Below are positions 28,697 through 37,293 of a DNA stretch of 64,000 bases, piece after piece. This DNA is from a virus. A program made the position numbers and the translations under genes. Each line of letters opens with the position of its first letter. Position 1 is the first letter of the stretch. The stretch lies in IMG/VR virus record IMGVR_UViG_3300025133_000040, positions 32,001 through 96,000 of that record, one strand, 5' to 3'. The notes beneath the pieces are model-generated. The model made no database searches. It was not told the DNA's origin and saw only the letters and a program-made list of their open reading frames with translations.

Positions 28697-29781
28697 TATA
28701 CAGTAACTCCCATTGAAGTCAATAGGGTTTTTGCGGTATTTTCCCAGGAGAATCGCCCTGCTGTCACGATTCCTTGGGGGTTGTCTGGCCTATTTTTATA
28801 ACAGAATCTCATATGTTCGATAAGTTGCTCCTCTTGGTCGAGGTCAAAGTCCATCCACTCTCCCTGCCCATGGAACCAGATACCATCATAGGCATCTTCT
28901 AGGCCATCGCTGGGCTCAATCAAAAAGGAATTGTCAGCATCGCAGTACTCAGTATGCGCAGAGTAGTTCGTTGTGATGACTGGCTTACCACACGACATCA
29001 TTTCAAGTAGCTCCATATTCCAGCCCTCAGCACGAGCAGGGAAAACCCCACAGTCTACCGTTGCCATAGCCGCAGCAACGTCTTTATGTCCTTTTACTGC
29101 CGGTAAAACATGTATCTTGCTCGCCAAGGACAACGTGCTATACTGGTTGAGCCAACCCCTTGTCTGTCCAGGTGTTAGGAATGGGTTGTGAGGCATCATT
29201 ATGAGCCTTACGTTGTCTGTTTTATTAAACGCCTTGTCGAAGCACCTGCCAAGTGTGTCGTGCCCCTTGCGCTTCTCCCACTTGCCAATGTTGAAGAAGG
29301 TATATTCATCCTCTGGTTTAAACAAGGTCGTCAGTTCGTCCGTACGGGCCTCTGCGTTGAACACACTACTGTCTACGCCTAAAGGCACAACATCGGCTTT
29401 TCTACCTATCTGCTCCTCTATGATTGAGGCAGCCCAAGAGGAGCACACTGTGAGCCTGTCGGGAAATCCAAGGTGGTGCTTTTCTATATCGTTGAATTTA
29501 TTCAACTCAAAGATTGGCATGGCAGTATACTCGCCACGACCTACTCTATTGGCTAGGTCAAACTGGTGCCAGATTTGCAGAGTAGGGGCGTCGTAGTCAA
29601 ACTCGTTGGCGTTGGCAGCACAGCCGTTAAGGAAGTCTAGTTCCTCCTTGGTGTCTGCCTGTATGTTCCCCTTGGAGAATAAGGACACCTTGTGGTCTAG
29701 CTTGTGAAGGGCGTCGATAATATATTTAGTAGCAATGCCGTAGCCAGTATTGCTAGTACTTCCCATAAGATTTATATTCAT
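28696..29781 (-). CDS. glycosyltransferase family 4 (GT-B)
   Basis: TGYG, VVPLGVD, KRKG, RAEGWNMELLEMMSCGKPVI. Confidence 0.9.
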   Translation of the reverse strand: MNINLMGSTSNTGYGIATKYIIDALHKLDHKVSLFSKGNIQADTKEELDFLNGCAANANEFDYDAPTLQIWHQFDLANRVGRGEYTAMPIFELNKFNDIEKHHLGFPDRLTVCSSWAASIIEEQIGRKADVVPLGVDSSVFNAEARTDELTTLFKPEDEYTFFNIGKWEKRKGHDTLGRCFDKAFNKTDNVRLIMMPHNPFLTPGQTRGWLNQYSTLSLASKIHVLPAVKGHKDVAAAMATVDCGVFPARAEGWNMELLEMMSCGKPVITTNYSAHTEYCDADNSFLIEPSDGLEDAYDGIWFHGQGEWMDFDLDQEEQLIEHMRFCYKNRPDNPQGIVTAGRFSWENTAKTLLTSMGVTV

Positions 29782-30824
29782 TCCTCGTTCGCCTCGCACA
29801 TTAGCTTGCTTACTGTTTCATTAAACTCTGAAAAGTGGGTCGTTCCAATCTCTTCGTAGCCCACAACAGGGCCAGACAGCCTACCCTGTGCCATCAGGTT
29901 GACTACAGAACTAACAGGGAACGCTGTAGCCATTTGCATAGCGCTGAACCTCTTGTTTGCCACAACATACTTTGACACAAAATTCCTGTCCACATCCACA
30001 TGGAACACGACCTTATCGTCCTCTTCTGTCCTTTCAGCGTCTAGTATGTCGCAAACATACTTAGGAGGAATATCAGACTTAATTAATAGAGACATAGCGG
30101 CGTGGTGTCCAAGCCATCTGACTGTCTTGTACTCGCAGTCCTCAACCCCTTTCTTAAGCATACTGTCAATAGTATGGGAGGCACCACCACTAGTGCGGAA
30201 ACACTCATACTGTCCCTCTCCCGGCCACGAGGACGTAACCTTAGCATAGCCGCTCATACCGGGAGCCTTAAGAACCTCCCCTCCTTTTAGTACAACGCAA
30301 TCGTCTTTATATTCGTTGATAAGCCCATCGGCAGACCAAGTCCTTTTATAGTTATAAACCTTTCGCTCGTCATACTTAGCAGGAATACCTCCGCACAGCA
30401 TTACAACCTTTTTAACCGGCTCACCCCTTGGTAAACCATATAACATTTCAGCCACAATATTAACCCAGCCAGGAGCGAGGCCCTGGTCTGTTGCTGCGAT
30501 TCCCCCTCTAAGCTTAGCAAACTTATTAATGTCGGACGACGTTTTTACGTGCCCTCCAAGGTCAACGTAGGGAACACCCTGAGAGATAGCGTCTATAGCC
30601 ACCTTAAGGTTTTGATGGTACGGCATAGCAGACACAACTACCGCAACATCGTTGTGCTCATTTATTTTAAATTCATCATACACTCTAGGGAAGTCTACGT
30701 TGGGACCACCGGGATATGATGTGTCCACACCAACAGTATGATAGCCTAGCTGCTTCAAGGCCCAGCAGATTGCTTGACCCATGTTGCCGTTCGCTCCGTA
30801 TACTACAATTTTCTTATCTTTCAT
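29778..30824 (-). CDS. saccharopine dehydrogenase / lysine 6-dehydrogenase family oxidoreductase
   Basis: GANGNMG Rossmann motif, YVDLGG, GLAPG, CGGIP, TWSADGLINEY, YKTVRWLGH. Confidence 0.85.
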   Translation of the reverse strand: MKDKKIVVYGANGNMGQAICWALKQLGYHTVGVDTSYPGGPNVDFPRVYDEFKINEHNDVAVVVSAMPYHQNLKVAIDAISQGVPYVDLGGHVKTSSDINKFAKLRGGIAATDQGLAPGWVNIVAEMLYGLPRGEPVKKVVMLCGGIPAKYDERKVYNYKRTWSADGLINEYKDDCVVLKGGEVLKAPGMSGYAKVTSSWPGEGQYECFRTSGGASHTIDSMLKKGVEDCEYKTVRWLGHHAAMSLLIKSDIPPKYVCDILDAERTEEDDKVVFHVDVDRNFVSKYVVANKRFSAMQMATAFPVSSVVNLMAQGRLSGPVVGYEEIGTTHFSEFNETVSKLMCEANEE

Positions 30825-31176
30825 TGAGTATCTCCTTAAACTCTGGGAGGTCGCCGTTCTTTTTAACGCACTCATCTTCGTAGAGGTGCATAAGCCTGCG
30901 TCTCATCTCGTCTTCCATGTCTGGGAAGACACCAAGAGCGTCGGACAAGCTTGTATAGCCAAGCTTTCCTTCTGGGAAAAATGTTTGAAGCCACAACCGA
31001 CTAACGAAGTAGTTAAATGCGCCCTTAACCTTGCCGGAAGGAACGGTCTTAAGAATCTCAGAAATATCTTCAATCCCAGGCTGAGAGCGAGAGCTAATAG
31101 CCCCACACCACTGAGATAAGAAACCAATCTGGTCTTTGATGTGTTGTCTGTCTTTTTTTGGCTCAATGTATGGCAT
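30814..31176 (-). CDS. conserved phage hypothetical protein
   Basis: MPYI...NY...RR..YED...NGD pattern common in phages. Confidence 0.7.
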   Translation of the reverse strand: MPYIEPKKDRQHIKDQIGFLSQWCGAISSRSQPGIEDISEILKTVPSGKVKGAFNYFVSRLWLQTFFPEGKLGYTSLSDALGVFPDMEDEMRRRLMHLYEDECVKKNGDLPEFKEILNER

Positions 31177-31535
31177 TATAATTCCTCCAGTATCTTTCCA
31201 AGTTGTTCTTCTTCATCTCTTCGTAATGCCTCTATGCAGTTTGCACGAGCACAGCTAAGGGCCTTCTGATATAGCTGAGACGACAGGCGTTTAAACTCAA
31301 CAGTTGTTTTGTAGATTGTTTTTCCGTCTATTTTTATATGAATGACTTCGGTACGATTCGTAGACGAGAACACGGTCCTTTTCAACCCAACGCATTTACC
31401 ACTCTCGCTTTTGGCTACTATTACTTCCTCGCTTGCGTTTGAAAATTTCCAATCTAGATTGCCAAGAACCATAAAAAATTTACATCTATTAGTTGCCATG
31501 CGTAGTCCTAATTTCCCTATAGGTGCCAGAGGCAC
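31176..31535 (-). CDS. hypothetical protein
   Basis: packed ORF; start probably at MATN. Confidence 0.5.
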   Translation of the reverse strand: MPLAPIGKLGLRMATNRCKFFMVLGNLDWKFSNASEEVIVAKSESGKCVGLKRTVFSSTNRTEVIHIKIDGKTIYKTTVEFKRLSSQLYQKALSCARANCIEALRRDEEEQLGKILEEL

Positions 31536-32475
31536 TTTTCATAAACAGTGAATGAGTCAAAGGCTTCGACCCCTTACGAACCTGAACACCGTCAAGCAAG
31601 CTGCCATCCGTAATGCCCGTTGATATAAAAGCACAGTCGCCCCTCACTAGGTCGTTTTCGTTTAAAATCTCTCCGCACTTAACAAACCTTGAACTACCGT
31701 CCATCATTCGCTCAACTTCTTCCATCTCAAAGCCCCCTCCAAGGCACTTAACTGCGGCAGCAGAAATAACAGCCTCAGGTGCGCCGCCGATACCACAGTA
31801 CAGGTCGATGCCAGAGTTAGGTAGACACGTAGCGATAGAGGCATTAACATCACAGTCTTGAATAAGTTTAATCCTACAGCCAATTCCCCTTAGTAGTTCA
31901 ATGCTGTGTCCGTTACGCGGCCTATCAAGCATACACACCGTAACTTCATTAACCTGCTTCTTTAGCGCGTCAGCCACCATGGTAGCTACCTCACTAATAG
32001 GAAAATCAAGCTGGTGGTACTTGTCGCCTCCGTACCTGTTGTCAATGTATTTCTTAGTGCGAGGTCCATAGCACATCTTCATTACGTAGTGAGCCTCGGT
32101 TGTGTACATCGTGTCAGGGCCAGAGAAAGCCATTACAGAACTAGCCTCAGGCCCACCTTTAGAGGTTTGAGTTGTGCCGTCTACAGGGTCTACAGCAATG
32201 TCATAGATTTTCTCCCACTGAGAGTCTTTCTTATTAACATACTTACCAACGCCTCTGTACTCGCCAACCCACTCACCGTCAAAGAGCCCAGGAGCCTCGT
32301 CCTTCTTACCCTCACCAATAACAATCTTACCACAGATAGGCATACGGTTGAGTCTGTCTCGCATTGCCTCTGTTGCCGCCCCATCTGCCCCGTTCTTATC
32401 CCCGCCACCAATGTAGGACGACGCCGCAATAGCAGCCGCTTCTGTCACCCTAATTAAATCTAACGAAAAATTCAT
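31489..32475 (-). CDS. glpX: class II fructose-1,6-bisphosphatase
   Basis: RVTEAAA, IVIGEG..DEAP, DIAVDPVDGT, LDRPR, GIGGAPE, TGITDG. Confidence 0.95.
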   Translation of the reverse strand: MNFSLDLIRVTEAAAIAASSYIGGGDKNGADGAATEAMRDRLNRMPICGKIVIGEGKKDEAPGLFDGEWVGEYRGVGKYVNKKDSQWEKIYDIAVDPVDGTTQTSKGGPEASSVMAFSGPDTMYTTEAHYVMKMCYGPRTKKYIDNRYGGDKYHQLDFPISEVATMVADALKKQVNEVTVCMLDRPRNGHSIELLRGIGCRIKLIQDCDVNASIATCLPNSGIDLYCGIGGAPEAVISAAAVKCLGGGFEMEEVERMMDGSSRFVKCGEILNENDLVRGDCAFISTGITDGSLLDGVQVRKGSKPLTHSLFMKSASGTYREIRTTHGN

Positions 32476-33003
32476 CTAGCTGTCCTTTTTTCTGCTGTCA
32501 ATTCCACAGTCCCAACATTGTTTTTGTCCTAGCTTTAGATTGCGCGTGGATACGTGCAACTCATTACCACACTCACACTTGCAGAGCCACTTGGCTGAGC
32601 GGTTGTGGGTTGTATTATACGAACCGTCCTGTCTTAGTACGGTCAATTTGTTAAACACCTTACCTGTAAGGTCTAGTTTGTTGTGTCCACCCCGGCGACC
32701 CCTGTTTGGCCCAGCCCCGCAAGAGAAGTCAAGGTCGTTATCAGCAATCTTCTGCTTAATAACGCGATGGCTAAGGCCGCTTGCCCTAGCTAGACTGGGA
32801 ATGGTGCGATACCTCACCCCATCATGCTCTACGTCAATGATGCTAGACTTATGTAGCCTGTCTCGGCTAACGATAAGTTCAGGAGGATACTCGTGCTTTA
32901 TTCTGTCACGAATAACTCGCTTATTTATATACGGGTAGTCCTTGTGGATTTGACTAATCGTATTATAAGTTTTACCATTGATTGTAATTGAAAAACGAAA
33001 CAT
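32476..33003 (-). CDS. homing-endonuclease-associated DNA-binding protein
   Basis: DLTGKVFNKLTV...WLCKCECGN repeat-type module; no nuclease domain seen. Confidence 0.65.
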   Translation of the reverse strand: MFRFSITINGKTYNTISQIHKDYPYINKRVIRDRIKHEYPPELIVSRDRLHKSSIIDVEHDGVRYRTIPSLARASGLSHRVIKQKIADNDLDFSCGAGPNRGRRGGHNKLDLTGKVFNKLTVLRQDGSYNTTHNRSAKWLCKCECGNELHVSTRNLKLGQKQCWDCGIDSRKKDS

Positions 33004-33043
33004 TAATGCTCACCATATAAGTTATGTGACTATCCATACATAA

Positions 33044-33071
33044 AGTATACACGAAAGTGCGACGGAGTCAA
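33044..33071 (-). promoter_or_regulatory. conserved phage sigma70-type promoter
   Basis: TTGACT-N16-TATACT. Confidence 0.75.
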
Positions 33072-33078
33072 GTAGAAA

Positions 33079-33426
33079 TCACCTATTATCTCCATCCCCT
33101 TTTAAGGTGCCCTTTTCTTTTCTCTTCTTTAATTTATCCAGGTTGTCCCTAAACACGTCGTCCAGATTAACCCCTAGCTCCGTAGCCGTCTGAGCCAGAT
33201 ACCATGCTACGTCTCCCAGCTCGCCAACCAGGGCCTCCCTCTTGCCTGCCTCAAGGACGCCGTCGCTATCCCTAAGCACCTTCTTTGTCTTGTTGGCTAT
33301 CTCGCCAGCCTCACCCGCGAGTCCTAGAACGGTGTAGACTAGTCCACCAATCTCTCCTGCGCCGGGGTAGATTGCTGTTTGCGCTGTCCTGCTTTGGTAG
33401 TCTGATGCTTGCATCTGTCTCTCCAT
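33079..33426 (-). CDS. MazG-like nucleotide pyrophosphohydrolase
   Basis: LGLAGEAGE, ELGDVAWY, GDGDNR. Confidence 0.92.
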   Translation of the reverse strand: MERQMQASDYQSRTAQTAIYPGAGEIGGLVYTVLGLAGEAGEIANKTKKVLRDSDGVLEAGKREALVGELGDVAWYLAQTATELGVNLDDVFRDNLDKLKKRKEKGTLKGDGDNR

Positions 33427-33477
33427 GTAAAAAAGGGCCTGTCGGAACAGACCCAGAGGTAAAACGAATAATATGAT

Positions 33478-34059
33478 TTAATAACCAAAGACTTCAAAGT
33501 CTTTAGCCCATGTGGTTTTGATATACTCTTTAACTTCTGGTGTTAATAGCTGGTCGTAGTCTGGACTTGGATTCACATTGTATTGAGGCAGCGAGAAGGT
33601 AATGCCCAACTCGTCCCCTATGGCTGTGAGGTCTTGCTCTAGACTCTCAAATCTAACCCATCTAGTTATGAGGTCTCGTCCTCCATACCTTAGATAGGTG
33701 TGCTGGAAGCCCGCTTGGTTGCCTCTAAACTTAAGGAAGGCTAGGAAGTCTATGTTGGTTGCTATGTTGTGCCAGGGGTGACTTTCGTTTCGCTGACAGT
33801 AGCGATAGAACGAGGCTAGCCTAGTGTAGGGGTTTCTGACAGAGGCGAAGACAATACCAAGACTGCTAAAGTAGTCCCACCCATTCTTAGCTACGAAGTG
33901 CTGAGGGTGATAGTGGTCTAGATTGGAGCCTTGAAAATACAGAATATTATGATGCGGCTCTAGGGCTTTTTTAATGCTGGAGCCACCAGTTTTTTCCATG
34001 TGAAAGAACGCTGCTACGTACTTGTTCTTACGGTAGTAATCTCTTTTAGTAGCTTTCAT
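33478..34059 (-). CDS. sulfotransferase family protein
   Basis: FHMEKTGGSS, VRNPYTRLASFY, RFESLEQD, KDFEVFGY. Confidence 0.85.
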   Translation of the reverse strand: MKATKRDYYRKNKYVAAFFHMEKTGGSSIKKALEPHHNILYFQGSNLDHYHPQHFVAKNGWDYFSSLGIVFASVRNPYTRLASFYRYCQRNESHPWHNIATNIDFLAFLKFRGNQAGFQHTYLRYGGRDLITRWVRFESLEQDLTAIGDELGITFSLPQYNVNPSPDYDQLLTPEVKEYIKTTWAKDFEVFGY

Positions 34060-34068
34060 ACTATCCAT

Positions 34069-34097
34069 CAAAAAAAGTGGACCCCCGAAGGGGTCCA
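34069..34097 (-). terminator. intrinsic terminator ending the tRNA/ncRNA transcript
   Basis: TGGACCCC TTCG GGGGTCCA followed by T-run. Confidence 0.8.
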
Positions 34098-34109
34098 TAA
34101 AATTTCCCA

Positions 34110-34272
34110 AGCCACCCTTTGAGTAGAACGTATCCCCCAAAGTCACCGTACACAGTACAACTATTACCACCTACCGGCGAAAGTAAGGGTCGAGGGTTCG
34201 CCCTGTTATAAGACCACGCTGATAGAACCCGCAGGTAGCTAGGCGTGCTTAGTACAGACCCTCACATAGTTG
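34110..34272 (-). ncRNA. candidate pseudoknotted ncRNA
   Basis: CAACTAT/ATAGTTG, GTGAGGGTC/GACCCTTAC, GCTACCTGC/GTAGGTGGT, GGCGAA/TTCGCC. Confidence 0.4.
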
Positions 34273-34274
34273 AG

Positions 34275-34348
34275 TAGGTTACCAGGGAGTCGAACCCTGC
34301 ACATCTGCCTTATAAGAGCAGCCTCCCCAACCGGAGGAGCCGTAACCC
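34275..34348 (-). tRNA. tRNA-Ile(UAU)
   Basis: cloverleaf; loop CTTATAA; GTTCGAC T-loop. Confidence 0.8.
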
Positions 34349-34354
34349 AAAATC

Positions 34355-34657
34355 TTATTCTTCTTCCATCTCTTTAAGTCTTAAGCACTCAGCGACAGGA
34401 CCATCGTAAAATTCCAAGTCAACGTCCAGGCTAGAGCACTTGTAGTTGCACATGTCGTCCATAGAAATCAGATAAGGACAATCACCACACCAAAGCTCGC
34501 CGCAAACGACTGCGCCCTCAGGCATGTTAATGTTCAAAACCTTGTCATAGCACTTCTTACATACGTCATACTCAATTGTCTTGTCCTTGGCTGGACAACG
34601 ACACTGGCCCATTAGTATTCCACATTGCTTGCAGACTGTTTTAATGTGTTCAGACAT
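34355..34657 (-). CDS. small Cys-rich protein
   Basis: multiple CxxC. Confidence 0.6.
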   Translation of the reverse strand: MSEHIKTVCKQCGILMGQCRCPAKDKTIEYDVCKKCYDKVLNINMPEGAVVCGELWCGDCPYLISMDDMCNYKCSSLDVDLEFYDGPVAECLRLKEMEEE

Positions 34658-34865
34658 TAGTCTGCCTATTTCAAAAGATGGACAATGTACATACGATAGC
34701 CTTTTTCGTCAACCCTAATTAGGGCGGTGCGTTGGCTGGCGCTTGGAATAGCCCCTACGGCTTCTCTCTTGGTGTCGTACTCAGCAGTACGAATACCTTT
34801 TCCACCGTTGGCTACAGTACGAACTTTGTACTTCATCGTTCTTCTCCGGTTAAAATCCTAGTGAG

Positions 34866-34935
34866 TACCAACGGAAGGAATTGAACCTTTCTCACAACGC
34901 CTTATGAAAGCGTGCTCCCGCCTCGGGTCGCTGGT
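34866..34935 (-). tRNA. tRNA-Met/Ile2(CAU)
   Basis: loop TTCATAA; short D-arm. Confidence 0.75.
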
Positions 34936-34939
34936 AAAG

Positions 34940-35021
34940 CAGCGGGTGAGGGAATCGAACTCTCGCGCCCTTACGACGACTGTTTTCAAGACAGTTTAGC
35001 ACGCCAACTGCAATACCCGCT
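34940..35021 (-). tRNA. tRNA-Ser(UGA)
   Basis: loop CTTGAAA; long variable arm; G73. Confidence 0.85.
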
Positions 35022-35025
35022 GTAG

Positions 35026-35097
35026 CTGGCCCCGAAGGATTTGCACCTTCGCGAAGACATTCAGAGTGTCTCATGCTACTGTTACATCAGGGACCAG
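35026..35097 (-). tRNA. tRNA-Gln(CUG)
   Basis: loop CTCTGAA; variant T-loop TGCAAAT. Confidence 0.8.
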
Positions 35098-35100
35098 TAA

Positions 35101-35684
35101 AAAAGAGAGCTTTAGCAGTTTATTCTCTCAGCTTGTGAGGTCAACCTGTTGGTTGACCACTACACGACCTATAACAGCCTTCGCAAGCTTCACCCCTGTC
35201 GTTGCAGCTTTAGACCGCACGCAACAGCACGTTAAATTAGTGGTAGTTGTTCTGGACTTGGTGATTGGTGGTTGCAGCCACCGAACCCCTCATTCGTAAA
35301 TCTTCAAAGCCTGGGAAGCCAATCCGATTTACCCCTTGCGGGCAGCGTCACCAACTTTCGCCGGTAACCGTAGGCACTTCCACCTACCACTATGGTATTT
35401 TATTTCCCAGATTCATATTAGCGATGAACCGATGACGTACATCAGGAAAACACCCAAAAACTATCGTTCCTTCAAGCAGACACTTGGGATGGCACCCACG
35501 CTCTTGCTGTTCAGCTACTAGGTGATTTCTGTAATGCCACTTACATACTCCACCACGCACCACGACACTGTTAGGGCGATGGTAAGCCCCTCCAACGTAC
35601 ACGCTTTCGTCTATGCTGCAAGCAGCTTGGTCACCCGTCATACCGAAAGGGTAAACCAGTTTAAAGTCCCGACGACAGTGGGAC
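35101..35684 (-). ncRNA. large structured RNA, ROOL-like (~580 nt)
   Basis: ~580-nt stretch between tRNAs with no credible ORF, dense hairpins (GGTTACCGGCGAAAGTTGGTGAC, GGTCAACC/GGTTGACC, TAGTGGTAG/CTACCACTA); size, context and remembered motifs fit ROOL. Confidence 0.55.
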
Positions 35685-35686
35685 AG

Positions 35687-35755
35687 AGCCTACATCCGGT
35701 GTCGAACCGGATAGTCGTCTTTACAAGAGACAACGCTGGAGCCGCCAGTGTAGGC
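35687..35755 (-). tRNA. tRNA-Thr(UGU), shortened D-arm
   Basis: loop CTTGTAA; ~69 nt. Confidence 0.75.
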
Positions 35756-35949
35756 TAATTTCGTTCTTCTTCTGGTCGCCAGTGCTCCCAGTTTATTTCA
35801 GTCCAACAATCGCTGTAGTCTTCCGTACAGCGTTCTTCCTCCGTATACTCGTTGTGACAATTAGGACACTCGCCACCGTTCCAGTCTTGTATTATTCCAA
35901 CCTCGTGCCCGCACCTTGGACAGTCTAGTTCATAATCAAATTCTTCCAT
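35755..35949 (-). CDS. small zinc-ribbon protein
   Basis: CPRC...CPNC. Confidence 0.6.
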   Translation of the reverse strand: MEEFDYELDCPRCGHEVGIIQDWNGGECPNCHNEYTEEERCTEDYSDCWTEINWEHWRPEEERN

Positions 35950-35981
35950 GTCACTTCCTTAGGTTTTGCGAAGCAAAACAG

Positions 35982-36048
35982 AGCCTTAGTTCGGAGTCGA
36001 ACCGAATTAGAAACATTACGAGTGTCTCTGTCCACCATGGACTAAGGC
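35982..36048 (-). tRNA. tRNA-Thr(CGU), shortened D-arm
   Basis: loop CTCGTAA; ~67 nt. Confidence 0.7.
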
Positions 36049-36056
36049 GACGTGAG

Positions 36057-36141
36057 CGGTTGGAACAGGAATCGAACCTGCAAGCCCCCGAAGGACTACT
36101 TACTTTCCAAGTAAGGTGCTCTGCCTATTAGCTACCCAACC
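36057..36141 (-). tRNA. tRNA-Ser(GGA)
   Basis: loop TTGGAAA; long variable arm. Confidence 0.85.
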
Positions 36142-36145
36142 AAAG

Positions 36146-36213
36146 TAGCTCGTGAGGGAGTCGAACCCACGCTATCGGATTAGGAATCCAATGCCCCATC
36201 CTCGGGACAAGCT
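36146..36213 (-). tRNA. tRNA-Arg(CCU), shortened D-arm
   Basis: loop TTCCTAA. Confidence 0.75.
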
Positions 36214-36218
36214 AAATT

Positions 36219-36350
36219 GCCCACTGTCGTGGGCTCTATCCACCACCGTGAATAGATAAAACCATTGATGCGTTGAGTCTGTCATACTGCGCATCTTTAT
36301 ACGACTCAACCCACATAAGTGACAGCTTACGGGTCTGGTTGTCGTGGTTT
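36219..36350 (-). ncRNA. candidate multiply pseudoknotted small RNA
   Basis: strand TGACAG-ACTCAAC-GCATC complements upstream CTGTCA, GTTGAGT, GATGC in crossing order; closed by AAACCA/TGGTTT. Confidence 0.45.
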
Positions 36351-36352
36351 AG

Positions 36353-36424
36353 TAGGCAATAAAGGAATCGAACCTTTGTTTTCTGCTTGTAAAACAGATG
36401 TACTGGCCATTGTACGAATCGCCC
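36353..36424 (-). tRNA. tRNA-Val(UAC)
   Basis: loop TTTACAA. Confidence 0.88.
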
Positions 36425-36467
36425 AGAGGCGACAGTCTACGGGACTTACCCTCAACTGTCTATATAT

Positions 36468-36495
36468 AGTATACACCTAAACCGCCTCAAGTCAA
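36468..36495 (-). promoter_or_regulatory. conserved promoter driving the 34-36 kb tRNA/ncRNA operon
   Basis: TTGACT-N16-TATACT. Confidence 0.8.
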
Positions 36496-36666
36496 GGTGT
36501 ATTTTGAATATTTTTCATATTCCGTTCTTCTTATCTGCCGCCCTTTTGGCAGCCTCATAGTTAGTATATGACGCCCAGGTGAAACGACGAGTATCGTTGT
36601 CCCAAATCTTCCACGCCACAGTACTGTGAACCCCGTCCCAAATATCTTTTACAATATATCTAAGCA

Positions 36667-37293
36667 TTAGTGATACGAAGTCCCTTTGTCGTGGTGGTCT
36701 ACACTTTCAGGCTCTATGTGCCTCATGTACTCCACAATGTCATCCAGTAGCATTGGGGTGTACCTTTCAGAGTTAGGACCATGACAGTCCATGCCCACGT
36801 CCATCTGCCTGCCACAATCCCTAGTGTAGGTGCCATGACAGTGACCATATAGGTTGATAGACCCTCGACCTACCTCGTTCCACGACCCCAGAGGATAGTG
36901 ACCCATGGTAATCAGCTTCTTACCGTGTCTAAACTCTCGGTATCGTCTGATGGTGGAGAAATGCTTGGTGTGCGCCTCTCCCTTGAACTTACGATTCTCT
37001 GGGTCTAGAGTGTCGTCGTGGTTACCTAGTAACAGGTGAATCGTACGGCACTTGATTCGCGCACGCATCCCAGGAATGTCCCTCGGACCCATGGCGAAGT
37101 CGCCCAGGTGAATCAGGGTATCGCCCTCACCAACAACGCTGTTGATGTTGTCGATAATGGTGCTATCCATCTCGTCCACAGAAGCGAAGTCTCGGTAGCC
37201 CTTATCCCAGGAGGACAAAGCAGGCCCGCTGATATTTACATGGCCGAAGTGAGTATCGGCGGTTACAAAGATTTTATTCATTCTATTCTCCAT
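36667..37293 (-). CDS. calcineurin-like metallophosphoesterase
   Basis: DTHFGH, LGD, GNHD, HYP, GHCH. Confidence 0.92.
   Translation of the reverse strand: MENRMNKIFVTADTHFGHVNISGPALSSWDKGYRDFASVDEMDSTIIDNINSVVGEGDTLIHLGDFAMGPRDIPGMRARIKCRTIHLLLGNHDDTLDPENRKFKGEAHTKHFSTIRRYREFRHGKKLITMGHYPLGSWNEVGRGSINLYGHCHGTYTRDCGRQMDVGMDCHGPNSERYTPMLLDDIVEYMRHIEPESVDHHDKGTSYH

Noticed and set aside
35390-35641. Minus-strand ORF inside the ROOL-like region (likewise 53721-53918)
   Set aside because: No RBS or protein features; the sequence is better explained by RNA structure or overlaps a tRNA.
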